A stretch of DNA of 50,696 nucleotides, from positions 1 to 50,696 of the forward strand of contig CAZWEF010000004.1 of the NCBI GenBank assembly GCA_964632125.1, in the 5' to 3' direction. Numbering within the stretch: the first letter of the stretch is position 1; each line of letters starts with the position of its first letter. The stretch comes from an uncultured Erysipelotrichales bacterium (GTDB lineage Bacteria; Bacillota_I; Bacilli_A; Erysipelotrichales; CAZWEF01). Positions 36,512-45,751 of the stretch are shown here, piece by piece. The notes below the pieces were generated by a model. That model had not been told where the DNA came from. It saw nothing but the letters and a program-made list of their open reading frames with translations, and made no database searches. The translations under genes and the position numbers were made by a program.

Positions 36512-37687
36512 ATGAAAATTAATGTAGCCGTTTTTTTTGGAGGAGAATCAGTAGAACATGAAATAAGTATTATCTCTGCAGTACAAACCATGCTAGCCAT
36601 TGATGAAACAGTTTATCAAGTGATACCTGTTTATATGGCAAAGGATCGTCTTTTATACACTGGAGATGTTTTAAAAGACATTGCATCGTATAAAGATTTA
36701 AATGCGATGATGAAAAACGTGAAGCGTGTGATACTTATTCAACAAGATGGACAGGTGTTTTTAGAAGGATACCCTAAAGCAATCCTTAAACCTTATCGTG
36801 AACGCATTGATGTTGCATTCCCTGTTGTTCATGGAACAAATGGTGAAGACGGATCGTTACAAGGGATGTTTGAACTGTTAGGAATTCCTTATGTAGGATG
36901 TGATGTTAAAGCTGCAGCAGTTGGACAAGACAAAGTATTTATGAAAAACATTTTAAGAGATGCAGGTATTCCAATGACTCAATTTGTTTGGTTTTTCAAA
37001 CATGATTATGAAAAAGATGCTCAGTCTTGTTTAAATCAAGCATTGACACTTGGGTTTCCGATGGTTGTGAAACCAGCATCACTTGGATCTTCAGTTGGCA
37101 TCTCGTTTGTTAAAGATGAAGATGAATTAAAACAAGGCTTAGAACAAGCGATGCGATATGATCAAAAGGTTCTAATTGAGCAAGCAGTAAGTCCTCTTGT
37201 GGAAATCAATTGTTCTGTTTTAGGCGATTTAAAAGAAGCAAAACCAAGTGTTTTAGAACAAGTCGCAGCCAGTGATGCATTGCTTTCTTATGAAGATAAG
37301 TATTTATCTGGTGGCAAAGGTAAAGCTCAAGGCATGGCTTCAACCAGTCGTATCATTCCAGCGCCACTTGATGAGATTAAACAAAATGAAATTGAGCAAC
37401 TTGCCCTTAAAACATTTAGAGTACTAAATGCATCTGGTGTTTGTCGCATTGATTTTTTAATGAATAAAGATACACAAGCTGTTTATGTCAATGAAATCAA
37501 TACGATTCCAGGGAGTTTAGCATTTTATTTGTGGGAACCTAAAGGAATTGATTTCAAATCACTTACAAGTCAGTTAATTCAATTGGCGATTAAACGTCAA
37601 CAAATAAGAGAATCCATGACATTTACATTTGAGACCAATGTTTTACAAAATAATGGATTAAGTGGTCAAAAAGGGAAAAAGATGTAA
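36512..37687 (+). CDS. ddl: D-alanine--D-alanine ligase (true start ATG 36512)
   Basis: GGESVEHEIS, HGTNGEDG, KPASLGSSVG, SYEDKY omega loop, NEINTIPG. Confidence 0.92.
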   Translation: MKINVAVFFGGESVEHEISIISAVQTMLAIDETVYQVIPVYMAKDRLLYTGDVLKDIASYKDLNAMMKNVKRVILIQQDGQVFLEGYPKAILKPYRERIDVAFPVVHGTNGEDGSLQGMFELLGIPYVGCDVKAAAVGQDKVFMKNILRDAGIPMTQFVWFFKHDYEKDAQSCLNQALTLGFPMVVKPASLGSSVGISFVKDEDELKQGLEQAMRYDQKVLIEQAVSPLVEINCSVLGDLKEAKPSVLEQVAASDALLSYEDKYLSGGKGKAQGMASTSRIIPAPLDEIKQNEIEQLALKTFRVLNASGVCRIDFLMNKDTQAVYVNEINTIPGSLAFYLWEPKGIDFKSLTSQLIQLAIKRQQIRESMTFTFETNVLQNNGLSGQKGKKM

Positions 37688-37764
37688 TCATATTTTAATT
37701 TGAATAAGTGATAACAATCAACATTCGATGTTGTAAAAAAAGTTATTGAATGAGAGGAGTCACC

Positions 37765-38973
37765 ATGAATGAGCACCAAGTACTTGTGATTGATAAGGCG
37801 GTTGTAAGAAAATTTATTTTATGGCACCAAGGCTTACTAGAACCCATCTTTTTCAATAAAGAAGGTATCGTCGAATTTGTTGGTCAAGTGGGCTGTATTC
37901 AATATGATCCGCTAAACATGGTCGCTCGAAATGCAGATTTGGTTTTACAATCAAGAATACCTAATTATCAAGAAACGATGTTAGATGAACTCTTGTATCA
38001 AGATCGACAACTAATTGATGGTTGGGATAAAATGATGTCTATTTATAGCACCAAAGATTGGCCTTATATGCTGCCTATTCGAGAAGCCCATAAAAGTGCA
38101 TATCGTCATCATTTGAATGATACTTTACTTGTAGATACCATTATGGATCATTTTAAGAGGTTTGGTGCAAGGTTTCCTAGTGATATCTCCTCTATTTCAG
38201 AAGGTGACGCAACATGGGGGAGTCGTAAGGCGTCAAGTGTCGTGCTTGATTATCTCTATCTTAGTGGTGTGATTGGGATTAAAAATAAAAAAAATGCAAT
38301 TAGACAGTTTGATTTAATTGAAAACTTATTGCCCAACAATCTCATCAATCAAACATCACCATTTAAAAACAATCATGAGTTCATGAAATGGTATATGATA
38401 AGGAAAATCAATAGTGTTGGTGTTTATTGGGATCAAAATGGGATTGTATGGCAAAATGCTTATACGAAGCGTAAAAGTGATCGTATGCCATATCTCAATG
38501 AACTCGTTTCATCCGGTGAGCTTATTGCTTTTCATTTACCTAACCATAAGCAAACGTTATACATAACGGCTCAAAACTATCATAACTTAAAAAGAATTAC
38601 CAAGATGTCCTTTACAAAGCAGGTAAAGATTTTAGCGCCATTAGATAATCTATTGTGGGATCGAGATTTAGTGAGGGTTTTATTTAACTTTGATTATGTT
38701 TGGGAAGTTTATAAACCAGCTCATGAGCGAAAATATGGGTATTATGTTTTACCTGTATTGTATGGTGATAGCTTTATTGCAAGATTTGATGGTAAATTTG
38801 ATCGTCAAAGCAAATGCTTTGTTGTTTATCATTGGTGGTGGGAACAAGATGTTAAAAAAGATGAAATCATGTTTCAACAACTTGAACGTGCTTTAAATGT
38901 TTTTTGTCAGTTTTTAGGAGCAAAATCAATTGATGACACTTGTTTAAAAGATAGTATGAAGCAATTTCTTTAA
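37765..38973 (+). CDS. YcaQ-like winged-helix DNA glycosylase (HTH_42), probable crosslink repair
   Basis: IQYDP QxD motif, LAPLDNLLWDR, YVWEVYKP..RKYGYYVLP. Confidence 0.88.
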   Translation: MNEHQVLVIDKAVVRKFILWHQGLLEPIFFNKEGIVEFVGQVGCIQYDPLNMVARNADLVLQSRIPNYQETMLDELLYQDRQLIDGWDKMMSIYSTKDWPYMLPIREAHKSAYRHHLNDTLLVDTIMDHFKRFGARFPSDISSISEGDATWGSRKASSVVLDYLYLSGVIGIKNKKNAIRQFDLIENLLPNNLINQTSPFKNNHEFMKWYMIRKINSVGVYWDQNGIVWQNAYTKRKSDRMPYLNELVSSGELIAFHLPNHKQTLYITAQNYHNLKRITKMSFTKQVKILAPLDNLLWDRDLVRVLFNFDYVWEVYKPAHERKYGYYVLPVLYGDSFIARFDGKFDRQSKCFVVYHWWWEQDVKKDEIMFQQLERALNVFCQFLGAKSIDDTCLKDSMKQFL

Positions 38974-39078
38974 GGGATTATCAGTATGATCTCTATTTAA
39001 TTAAATGAAGTGAATGGTTTTGTAAGTCATAGATGGTGGCCACCATTAGTATTCATGTTGATACTCCAATTCGTCAAT

Positions 39079-39095
39079 ATTTTGAAAATCAAACT
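39079..39095. promoter_or_regulatory. FabT-like operator 1, upstream of the acpP promoter
   Basis: ATTTTGAAAATCAAACT, a 17-bp ANTTTGA-N3-TCAAANT palindrome. Confidence 0.55.
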
Positions 39096-39110
39096 TTTTA
39101 AAAAACAGTA

Positions 39111-39139
39111 TTTACAAACATGGTTTGGTGTAATATAAT
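39111..39139 (+). promoter_or_regulatory. Promoter of the acp/acc/fab operon
   Basis: TTTACA-17 bp-TATAAT. Confidence 0.75.
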
Positions 39140-39163
39140 GTAAATGTCTAAAGGAGGTATATT

Positions 39164-39388
39164 ATGTTTGAAGATATAAAAGAATTTTTAGTCGAAACAT
39201 TGGATTTAGATGCAAACGAAATTAAAATTGATTCATCTTTAGCTGACGACTTAGGCATTGATTCATTGGATGCTGTTGAACTTGTGTTAGAGTTACAAGA
39301 TCGTTACAATGTAAAAGTAGATGAACAACAAGCACAAGCATTTAAAACAGTACAAGATATTGTAAGTTTTTTAGAAAGTCAAAAATAA
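39164..39388 (+). CDS. acpP: Acyl carrier protein
   Basis: DLGIDSLDAVE phosphopantetheine site. Confidence 0.97.
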   Translation: MFEDIKEFLVETLDLDANEIKIDSSLADDLGIDSLDAVELVLELQDRYNVKVDEQQAQAFKTVQDIVSFLESQK

Positions 39389-39390
39389 TT

Positions 39391-39416
39391 GGCAAGGTAA
39401 CTTGCCTTTTATTTTA
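39391..39416 (+). terminator. Terminator-like hairpin after acpP
   Basis: GGCAAG-GTAA-CTTGCC-TTTTATTTT. Confidence 0.75.
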
Positions 39417-39420
39417 ATTA

Positions 39421-39443
39421 AATAGTTTGAACTTGAAACTATT
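39421..39443. promoter_or_regulatory. FabT-like operator 2 / inverted repeat directly before the accB SD
   Basis: AATAGTTT-GAACTTG-AAACTATT; core AGTTTGAACTTGAAACT. Confidence 0.5.
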
Positions 39444-39454
39444 AGGAGGGTCTT

Positions 39455-39856
39455 ATGGAAAAAGTTAAAGCCTTATTGGCACTATTTGAATCATCAGAAT
39501 TATCAAGAATGAAAGTTGAATTAGAGGATGTGTGTGTGGAGTTTGAAAGACAAGTAGGCACTGTTGTTGCACCAATTGTAACAACACAGATGGCACCAAC
39601 ACCAGTTCTTGAAGAGAAACCAAAAATTCTTTCTCCGATTGTTGGTACATTTTATTCACGCCCTTCACCTGATGCACCATCATTTGTACAAGTTGGTGAT
39701 CGTGTGAGCAAGGGACAAGTGATTGCAATTATTGAAGCAATGAAAGTGATGAATGAAATTGTCGCTGATCAAGACGGAGTGGTTGTTCAAATATTGAAAC
39801 AAGATGGGCAAGCTGTTGGATACCATGATCCACTAATTGAGTTGAGTCATGATTAA
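39455..39856 (+). CDS. accB: Biotin carboxyl carrier protein
   Basis: SPIVGTFY..PSP, IEAMKVMNEI. Confidence 0.96.
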   Translation: MEKVKALLALFESSELSRMKVELEDVCVEFERQVGTVVAPIVTTQMAPTPVLEEKPKILSPIVGTFYSRPSPDAPSFVQVGDRVSKGQVIAIIEAMKVMNEIVADQDGVVVQILKQDGQAVGYHDPLIELSHD

Positions 39857-41216
39857 AAAAGTCTTAATCGCAAATCGCGGTGAAATAGCGGTTCGTATTA
39901 TTAGAGCATGCCATCAAATGGGTATTAAGACAGTTGCTGTGTATAGTGACGCTGATGCCCAGTCTTTGCATGTTCAAATTGCAGATGAATCTGTTTGTAT
40001 TGGTGCCCATCCTTTACATGAGAGTTATTTAAATCAAAACGTTATTTTACAAGTTGCACATATGACTGGTAGTGATGCGATTCACCCTGGATTTGGGTTT
40101 TTATCTGAGAATGCAACATTTGCACGTATGGTTGAAGAAAGTGGCTTAACGTTTATCGGGCCAAGCCATCGGTTAATCTCTTTAATGGGAGATAAAGTGG
40201 CTGCACGTGAAAACATGATTCGAGCTGGTGTACCAGTAGTTAAAGGAAGTGATGGGGTTGTGACAGATGTCGCACAAGCCCGTGAACTTGCATCTAGTAT
40301 TACGTATCCCATTATGATCAAAGCACGTTCTGGTGGTGGTGGTAAAGGTATGCGTGTTTGTTTTGATGATGCATCGTTTGAACAACTTTTTCTTGCAGCA
40401 AAGAAAGAAGCAGAAACTTTATTTGGTGATGATGGGATGTATTTGGAGCAATTTGTTCAACATCCACGTCATGTTGAAGTACAAGTGATTGGTGATCGCT
40501 ATGGGAATTATGTGCATCTTGGTGAACGCGATTGCACCATGCAACGACGTCATCAAAAAATGATTGAAGAAGCGCCTTCATCATTTATCACTGAAGAAAC
40601 AAGACAAAAAATGTTTGAAGCTTCAATCCAAGCCATTCAGTCTATTGCTTATGATAGTGTTGGCACCATTGAATACCTCGTTGATGCCAATCAAAATTTC
40701 TATTTTATGGAAATGAATACGCGTATCCAAGTAGAACATCCTGTCACTGAGATGATTACTGGGATTGATCTTATCCGTGAACAAATTCATGTTGCAGATA
40801 ATCGCCCACTCTCTTTTAAACAACATGATATTGTTTTCCAAGGTCATGCTATGGAGTGTCGTATTAATGCTGAAAACCCTAATTTCAATTTTAGACCATC
40901 ACCTGGTAAGATTTCTTTTTATCATCAGCCTGGTGGCTTTGGAGTACGTGTTGATTCAGCCATTTATCAAGGGTATCATTTACCACCGTATTATGATTCA
41001 ATGTTAGCAAAAGTGATTGTTCATGGGAAAAACAGACTAGATTGTATTAAAAAAATGAGGGCTGCATTATCAGAAATGATTATTGAAGGTATTGATACAA
41101 ATACTGAATTTCATTATATTTTGATGCATCAACCTATTTTTGTTGAAGGTAACTACGATACACATTTTATTGAATCATTTGTTGAGGAGGTTTATGATGG
41201 AACAAGCATTTCGTAA
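39849..41216 (+). CDS. accC: Biotin carboxylase
   Basis: IANRGEIAVR, IHPGFGFLSEN, GGGGKG, EMNTRIQVEH, YDSML. Confidence 0.97.
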   Translation: MIKKVLIANRGEIAVRIIRACHQMGIKTVAVYSDADAQSLHVQIADESVCIGAHPLHESYLNQNVILQVAHMTGSDAIHPGFGFLSENATFARMVEESGLTFIGPSHRLISLMGDKVAARENMIRAGVPVVKGSDGVVTDVAQARELASSITYPIMIKARSGGGGKGMRVCFDDASFEQLFLAAKKEAETLFGDDGMYLEQFVQHPRHVEVQVIGDRYGNYVHLGERDCTMQRRHQKMIEEAPSSFITEETRQKMFEASIQAIQSIAYDSVGTIEYLVDANQNFYFMEMNTRIQVEHPVTEMITGIDLIREQIHVADNRPLSFKQHDIVFQGHAMECRINAENPNFNFRPSPGKISFYHQPGGFGVRVDSAIYQGYHLPPYYDSMLAKVIVHGKNRLDCIKKMRAALSEMIIEGIDTNTEFHYILMHQPIFVEGNYDTHFIESFVEEVYDGTSIS

Positions 41217-42060
41217 ACGAAAACAACAGTTAAGTTTTTTTCAAGGATTAAGAAGAAAAAAAGAAAAAAAGAAAGTAGAAACAGTTGAAGATGTATTTGA
41301 AACATGTCCTAATTGTAAAAGCCAAGCATTAAAGGAGACACTTAAACAACATCATTATGTTTGTGGTCATTGTGGCTTCCATTTCCCTTTAACTGTTGAA
41401 CAACGTATTAATCTTTTATGTGATGGTTTTCGTGAAATAGATGTACATCTTAAAACGAAAAATAAACTAAACTTTCCAGGTTATGATGAAAAAATCGAAC
41501 ATCTAATGGAAAAAACTGAACTTAATGAGGCAGTGGTTACAGGGATTGCAACCATTGGACATGTGAAGTATATTATGGCAGTTTTAGATCAACGTTTTAT
41601 GATGGGGAGCATGGGTAGTGTGGTAGGTGAAAAAATAACTAGAGCCATTGAACATGCCACCAAACTAAGATTACCTCTTGTGATCATTTCAACAAGTGGT
41701 GGGGCACGTATGCAAGAAGGAATGTTTTCTTTGTGGCAAATGGCCAAAACATCTGCAGCACTAAAAAAACATGATGAAGCAGGGTTGTTCTATGTGTCTG
41801 TTTTAACGCATCCAACATTTGGTGGTGTGAGTGCTAGTTTTGGATTGACTGGAGATGTCATCATTGCTGAACCAAAAGCATTGATTGGGTTTGCTGGACC
41901 CCGTGTAATTGAACAAACCATTAAAGAAACATTGCCAGATGGGTTTCAAACATCGGAATATTTACTTGAACATGGATTGATTGATGAAATTGTACAACGT
42001 CATGAATTAAAGGCATATTTGGCTTGTTTACCAAAATACTTTGGTGGGGTGAAATCATGA
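41194..42060 (+). CDS. accD: Acetyl-CoA carboxyltransferase beta (true start ATG 41194 or 41197)
   Basis: CPNC...CGHC Zn finger, GSMGSVVGEK, SGGARMQEG, GFAGPRVI. Confidence 0.96.
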   Translation: MMEQAFRKRKQQLSFFQGLRRKKEKKKVETVEDVFETCPNCKSQALKETLKQHHYVCGHCGFHFPLTVEQRINLLCDGFREIDVHLKTKNKLNFPGYDEKIEHLMEKTELNEAVVTGIATIGHVKYIMAVLDQRFMMGSMGSVVGEKITRAIEHATKLRLPLVIISTSGGARMQEGMFSLWQMAKTSAALKKHDEAGLFYVSVLTHPTFGGVSASFGLTGDVIIAEPKALIGFAGPRVIEQTIKETLPDGFQTSEYLLEHGLIDEIVQRHELKAYLACLPKYFGGVKS

Positions 42061-42971
42061 GTTATCAAGCATATGAAACTAAAATTAGAAAATTGAAGAT
42101 GGAGCTAGATACATTAGAACCACTCAGTGAAACTTATCAATCATTATTTGAAACGATTAAATGTTTAGAACAAGAAGCCTATGAGAACTTAGGTGCTTAT
42201 GACCAAGTCTATCTATCGCGTCATCCTAAAAGATTAAAAGCAATTGACTACATTGAAGCTTTATTTGAAGATGTGGTTGTGTTTCATGGTGATCGCTTAG
42301 GTAATGAAGATGCTTCTATCTTTTGTGGGGTTGGCATGTTTAACGCACAACCGGTAACGATTATAGCTCAGATGAAAGGTAAAACAGTTGAGGAAAGCAT
42401 TAAATATAACTTTGGTATGCCTCGTCCTAGTGCCTATCGAAAAATGTTACGGATTTTAAAACAAAGTGAAAAATTTAATCGACCAGTTGTGACCATCATT
42501 GATACGCCAGGTGCTTACCCAGGTATTGAAGCTGAAGCACAAGGACAAAGCCATTGCATTAGTGAATGTCTCCAAGTTTTAAGTGATATAAAAGTACCGG
42601 TGATTGGCATTGTTATTGGTGAAGGTGGCTCTGGTGGTGCCTTAGCATTAAGCGTTGGTGATCATTTGATGATGTTAGAACATAGTGTTTATTCTATTTT
42701 ATCACCTGAAGGATTTGCTTCTATACTATACAAAGATGCATCTAAAGCACCTGAAGTTGCTGATTTGATGAAACTACAAGCATCAGATCTATTAGAGATG
42801 GGGTTTGTGGATGAAGTTATATTAGAACCTAAAGGTGGCATAGAAAGCCACATTGAATACATCACTTTACAAATCAAACAATCTTTATCTAAACAACTTA
42901 ATTGTTTACAAGATTTATCCGTTAAACAATTATTGAAAAAACGTTATCAACGCATTAGAAAGAGGGCATAA
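42057..42971 (+). CDS. accA: Acetyl-CoA carboxyltransferase alpha (true start ATG 42057)
   Basis: NFGMP, IDTPGAYPG, GEGGSGGAL, YSILSPEG. Confidence 0.96.
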   Translation: MSYQAYETKIRKLKMELDTLEPLSETYQSLFETIKCLEQEAYENLGAYDQVYLSRHPKRLKAIDYIEALFEDVVVFHGDRLGNEDASIFCGVGMFNAQPVTIIAQMKGKTVEESIKYNFGMPRPSAYRKMLRILKQSEKFNRPVVTIIDTPGAYPGIEAEAQGQSHCISECLQVLSDIKVPVIGIVIGEGGSGGALALSVGDHLMMLEHSVYSILSPEGFASILYKDASKAPEVADLMKLQASDLLEMGFVDEVILEPKGGIESHIEYITLQIKQSLSKQLNCLQDLSVKQLLKKRYQRIRKRA

Positions 42972-42972
42972 G

Positions 42973-43896
42973 ATGAGCAAAATAAAAAGTGTTGCGTCAT
43001 ATGCACCAAGTCGCATTGTGACCAATGATGATTTATCAAAGATTGTAGATACCAACCATGAATGGATTGTTACAAGAACAGGTATTGAACGTCGCCATCA
43101 TGTTGATGATGAAACAACATCTGATCTTGCAACTAAAGCAGCATTAAAAGCCATTGAAAAAGCACAAATTGATCCAAGCACGATTGATCTTATTATTGTT
43201 GCTACCATAACACCAGATCGTTATTCACCATCTGTTGCTTGTTTGGTGAAAGGGAAATTAGGGTTACAACAAACAGTCATGGCGTTTGATATCAATGCAG
43301 CATGTAGTGGCTATGTTTACGCTTTGACAGTAGCTGATGCACTTTTACAGATGCAATATCGATGTGCGCTTGTTATAGGTGCTGAAACATTGTCTAAAGT
43401 GCTTGATTTTACAGATCGATCAACATGCATTTTATTTGGTGATGGTGCTGGTGCAATGATTTTACAAAAAAGTGATGAAAAACAATTTCTTTTTCATTAT
43501 AATGATAGTAGGGATGATGAAAAGGATTCATTGTATATTCCTAGAATAGATTATTTAAAGATGGATGGTCGTGCTGTATTTGAATTTGCGATTGGTGCTG
43601 TTAAAAAAAGCATTGAAGTAGCGCTTGAAACCACTCAACTTAGTCTCGATGATGTAGATTATCTTGTGTGTCACCAAGCCAATCGTCGTATTTTGCAGAA
43701 AGTAGCAAAAGATTTGGGTGTTGATCTTAATCGTTTTTATATCAATATCCAAGAGTATGGAAACACATCAAGTGCCAGTATCCCGATTGCACTAGCAGAA
43801 ATGGATGACCTTGGTTTGCTTAAAAAAGGACATAAATATTTGCTTGTTGGATTTGGGGCAGGACTTACTTGGGGTGCAAATTTAATTGAATGGTAG
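42973..43896 (+). CDS. fabH: Beta-ketoacyl-ACP synthase III
   Basis: AACSG, HQAN, YGNTSSAS, FGAGLTWG. Confidence 0.97.
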   Translation: MSKIKSVASYAPSRIVTNDDLSKIVDTNHEWIVTRTGIERRHHVDDETTSDLATKAALKAIEKAQIDPSTIDLIIVATITPDRYSPSVACLVKGKLGLQQTVMAFDINAACSGYVYALTVADALLQMQYRCALVIGAETLSKVLDFTDRSTCILFGDGAGAMILQKSDEKQFLFHYNDSRDDEKDSLYIPRIDYLKMDGRAVFEFAIGAVKKSIEVALETTQLSLDDVDYLVCHQANRRILQKVAKDLGVDLNRFYINIQEYGNTSSASIPIALAEMDDLGLLKKGHKYLLVGFGAGLTWGANLIEW

Positions 43897-43904
43897 GTGT
43901 TAAA

Positions 43905-44846
43905 ATGAGTATTAAAGAACTATTAGGTATTAAATACCCAGTATTTCAAGGCGCGATGGCACACATCGCTACGGGTGAATTTGCAGCAGCAGTTTCTAAC
44001 ACAGGTGCTTTAGGGATTATTGCATCAGGCGGGATGGACCCTGAAACAATGCGTCATCATATTGAAGTTTGTCAATCAAAAACAGATAAACCTTTTGCAG
44101 TTAACTTGATGCTAATGAACCCTCATTGTGAAGCCATGATTGACATCATCATTGAACTTGGTGTTAAGGTTGTCACGACAGGTGCAGGTAGTCCTGGTCC
44201 ATACATGGAAAAATTAAAAGCAGCAAACATCAAAGTCATTCCTGTTGTTCCAAGTGTTGCACTAGCAAGACGTATGGAACAAATTGGCGCGGATGCTGTT
44301 GTAGTTGAGGGAACAGAATCAGGCGGACATGTTGGCGAATTAACAACATTGGCGCTTGTTCCACAAGTGGTTGATGCTGTCAGTATTCCTGTTGTTGCAG
44401 CTGGTGGTATTGCCGGTGGTCGTCAAATGGCGGCAGTGCTTGCACTAGGTGCTGTAGGTGTTCAAATCGGAACTATGTTAATTGTTGCAGATGAGTGTCC
44501 TGTTCATGAAACATACAAAGATGCGATTATCAAAGCAAAAGATACAGATACAGTTGTAACTGGTCGTATTTCTGGTGTCCCTGTACGTATTTTAAAAAAC
44601 AAAATGTCTAAAGAGTATGTTGCCAAAGAAAAAGAAGGCTATACAGTTGAACAACTTGAGTACTTAACATTAGGTTCACTTCGTCGTGCAGTTTTTGAAG
44701 GAGATGTCAAAGGTGGTTCAGTTATGACAGGTCAAGTAGCTGGTATGGTTAAAGAACGCCGTCCTTTAAAAGCAATTATTGAGACATTGATTGATGAAAC
44801 ACGTGAAACATTAGAAAAAATGCCAAGCTTAGAGGAAATACTGTAA
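43905..44846 (+). CDS. fabK: Enoyl-ACP reductase II (start ATG 43905)
   Basis: QGAMA, EGTESGGH, AAGGIA, GQVAG. Confidence 0.93.
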   Translation: MSIKELLGIKYPVFQGAMAHIATGEFAAAVSNTGALGIIASGGMDPETMRHHIEVCQSKTDKPFAVNLMLMNPHCEAMIDIIIELGVKVVTTGAGSPGPYMEKLKAANIKVIPVVPSVALARRMEQIGADAVVVEGTESGGHVGELTTLALVPQVVDAVSIPVVAAGGIAGGRQMAAVLALGAVGVQIGTMLIVADECPVHETYKDAIIKAKDTDTVVTGRISGVPVRILKNKMSKEYVAKEKEGYTVEQLEYLTLGSLRRAVFEGDVKGGSVMTGQVAGMVKERRPLKAIIETLIDETRETLEKMPSLEEIL

Positions 44847-45751
44847 TGAAAATTGCTTACTTATTTTCAGGACAAGGAAGTCAGTATGTTGGTATGGGAC
44901 ATGATTTGTATGTGCAAAGTGATGTGTTTAAGCAAACAATGGACAACCTATCGATACCATTTGACTTTAAAACATGTATGTTTGAAGGTCCCGAAACCAT
45001 GCTTAATGATACGGCTTATACCCAAGCTTGCTTAGTTGCAATGGAATTAAGTATTGTTTCTATGCTAAAAGAGGAAGGCATTGAAGCTGACGTTGTGGCG
45101 GGACTTAGTTTGGGTGAGTATGCAGCTCTTGCAACTGCTAATATGATCACACCCCAAACAGCAATTGATTTGGTTGTTGAACGAGGTGCCTTGATGTCAG
45201 AGTGTGCGAAGTCACATGACGGGGCCATGCTTGCCGTTTTGGGACTCGATATTGAGGTTGTCAAAGCCCATTTAACAAATGGTGTGACGATTGCCAATGA
45301 CAATTGTCCTAAACAAGTGATTGTTGCAGGTCTTAAAAACGATGTTCAAGTTTTTGAAGAAGGCATAAAAGATTTAGCACTTAAATGTGTTTATTTAAAT
45401 GTTAGTGGTGCGTTTCATACACCCTATTTCAAAGAAGCGGCAACAACATTTAGCGAAACATTGAAACAAGTAGAAGTCAATGACATGAACATACCTGTTA
45501 TTGCCAATATTACAGGAAAAGTTTTTAATGGTGAGTTTGTTGATGTTATGACAAAACAAATTATGTCACCAGTTCATTTTCGTGAGACCATTATGACGAT
45601 GATTGATATGGGCGTTGATTGTTTTATTGAAATAGGACCAACTAAGATATTAAGTCAATTTGTCAAAAAAACAAATCGTGCATTAAAAACATATCACATA
45701 GAATCGATGGACTCATTTAATCAAACAGTAAAGGAGATCAAACATGACTAA
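44846..45751 (+). CDS. fabD: Malonyl-CoA:ACP transacylase
   Basis: FSGQGSQ, GLSLGE, VSGAFHT. Confidence 0.96.
   Translation: MKIAYLFSGQGSQYVGMGHDLYVQSDVFKQTMDNLSIPFDFKTCMFEGPETMLNDTAYTQACLVAMELSIVSMLKEEGIEADVVAGLSLGEYAALATANMITPQTAIDLVVERGALMSECAKSHDGAMLAVLGLDIEVVKAHLTNGVTIANDNCPKQVIVAGLKNDVQVFEEGIKDLALKCVYLNVSGAFHTPYFKEAATTFSETLKQVEVNDMNIPVIANITGKVFNGEFVDVMTKQIMSPVHFRETIMTMIDMGVDCFIEIGPTKILSQFVKKTNRALKTYHIESMDSFNQTVKEIKHD

Noticed and set aside
36512-37687. VanA-like D-Ala-D-Lac ligase
   Set aside because: The omega loop has Tyr (YEDKY), typical of D-Ala-D-Ala ligases, and no vanH, vanX, vanR or vanS cluster is present
37718-37733. LexA box upstream of the YcaQ-like gene
   Set aside because: CAACATTCGATGTTG does not fit CGAAC-N4-GTTCG
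39027-39067. 9-aa minus-strand peptide MNTNGGHHL with a GGAG SD
   Set aside because: Too short to distinguish from chance, and no promoter or terminator supports it
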